From positions 6,852 through 70,851 of the forward strand of contig CACNAF010000003.1 of the NCBI GenBank assembly GCA_902618385.1: a stretch of 64,000 bases of DNA, given 5' to 3'. A model generated the notes under the pieces. The model saw only the letters and a program-made list of their open reading frames with translations. It did no database searches and was not told the DNA's origin. Origin of the DNA: an uncultured Alphaproteobacteria bacterium (lineage in GTDB: Bacteria; Pseudomonadota; Alphaproteobacteria; HIMB59; GCA-002718135). Position numbers and translations under genes: made by a program. Shown here piece by piece: positions 63,486-64,000 of this stretch (its first letter is position 1; each line of letters starts with the position of its first letter).

Positions 63486-64000
63486 ATGCACAAAAAACCT
63501 CTATCCAAACAAATATATGATGCAAGATGGTGTTACTTATTTGTTTTACCATGTTCAATTCTTACAGGGATGTTTGTCATTTATCCAATCGGAATGTCTT
63601 GGTATTTTTCTTTATTAGATTGGAGTGGTTTTACAAAAGAGGCAAAATTCATTGGCCTTCAAAATTATTATGAAGCTGTCAATGATGAATTTTTTTGGGA
63701 TGCATTTATTCGTTCTTTTATTTTTATGTTTGGAACAGTTCCAATAAAAATAGTTTTAGGTTTCATTATTGCAGTATTTTTAAATAATCAGGTTTTAAAA
63801 CTTGCCCCTTTCTTTCGTACTGTAATCTTTATGCCTGTAGTTACTGCAATTGCTATCATTGGTATTGTAATGACTTTTGTATTTAGCCCATTTAATGGAC
63901 CTGCTAATAAATTTTTAATGTCTACTAATTTAACTTCTGCTCCAATTGATTTTCTTGGAAATCCAGACACAGTGCTTCCAACTGTAATGGGAGTATATGT
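63486..64000 (+). CDS. Carbohydrate ABC permease (MalF/UgpA-like), truncated by window end; not in the ORF track
   Basis: My translation from ATG 63486: MHKKPLSKQIYDARWCYLFVLP...YP...SLLDWSG...FIGLQNY...FFRTVIFMPVV...GPAN. Confidence 0.88.
   Translation, partial: MHKKPLSKQIYDARWCYLFVLPCSILTGMFVIYPIGMSWYFSLLDWSGFTKEAKFIGLQNYYEAVNDEFFWDAFIRSFIFMFGTVPIKIVLGFIIAVFLNNQVLKLAPFFRTVIFMPVVTAIAIIGIVMTFVFSPFNGPANKFLMSTNLTSAPIDFLGNPDTVLPTVMGVY

Overview
An AT-rich (roughly 30% GC by eye), tightly packed chromosomal segment from a streamlined marine-type alphaproteobacterium. The gene content and order suggest a SAR11-like or HIMB59/AEGEAN-169-like organism; this is inference, not a database match. The first ~41 kb is core genome: sucB-lpdA, tal, priA, atpHAGDC, putR/putA, rppH-ctpA-rsfS-nadD-proAB-obgE-rpmA-rplU, gloB, metXW under a SAM-II riboswitch, a chorismate mutase-HisC fusion with tyrC, plsC, lysA/argH, an acyl-CoA/metY block, coq7, dsbB and tRNA-Leu(CAA). 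From ~42 kb to the end is a carbohydrate/cyclitol catabolic region: galE/galT, an SDR-FAH-lactate dehydrogenase module, a Rieske-fold ferredoxin, iolD, three sugar ABC systems, and three consecutive non-heme iron oxygenases (PhyH-type, MocD-type, YbiU-type). The most striking observations are: (i) the MocE-like Rieske protein has both His ligands replaced by Cys; (ii) the transporter-plus-three-oxygenase operon has no known substrate; (iii) the CM-HisC fusion; (iv) rsfS apparently starts at ATT; (v) an MFS gene ends inside the antisense strand of the tRNA. No CRISPR array, rRNA, integrase or transposase was seen. All calls come from motif recognition only; no searches were run.
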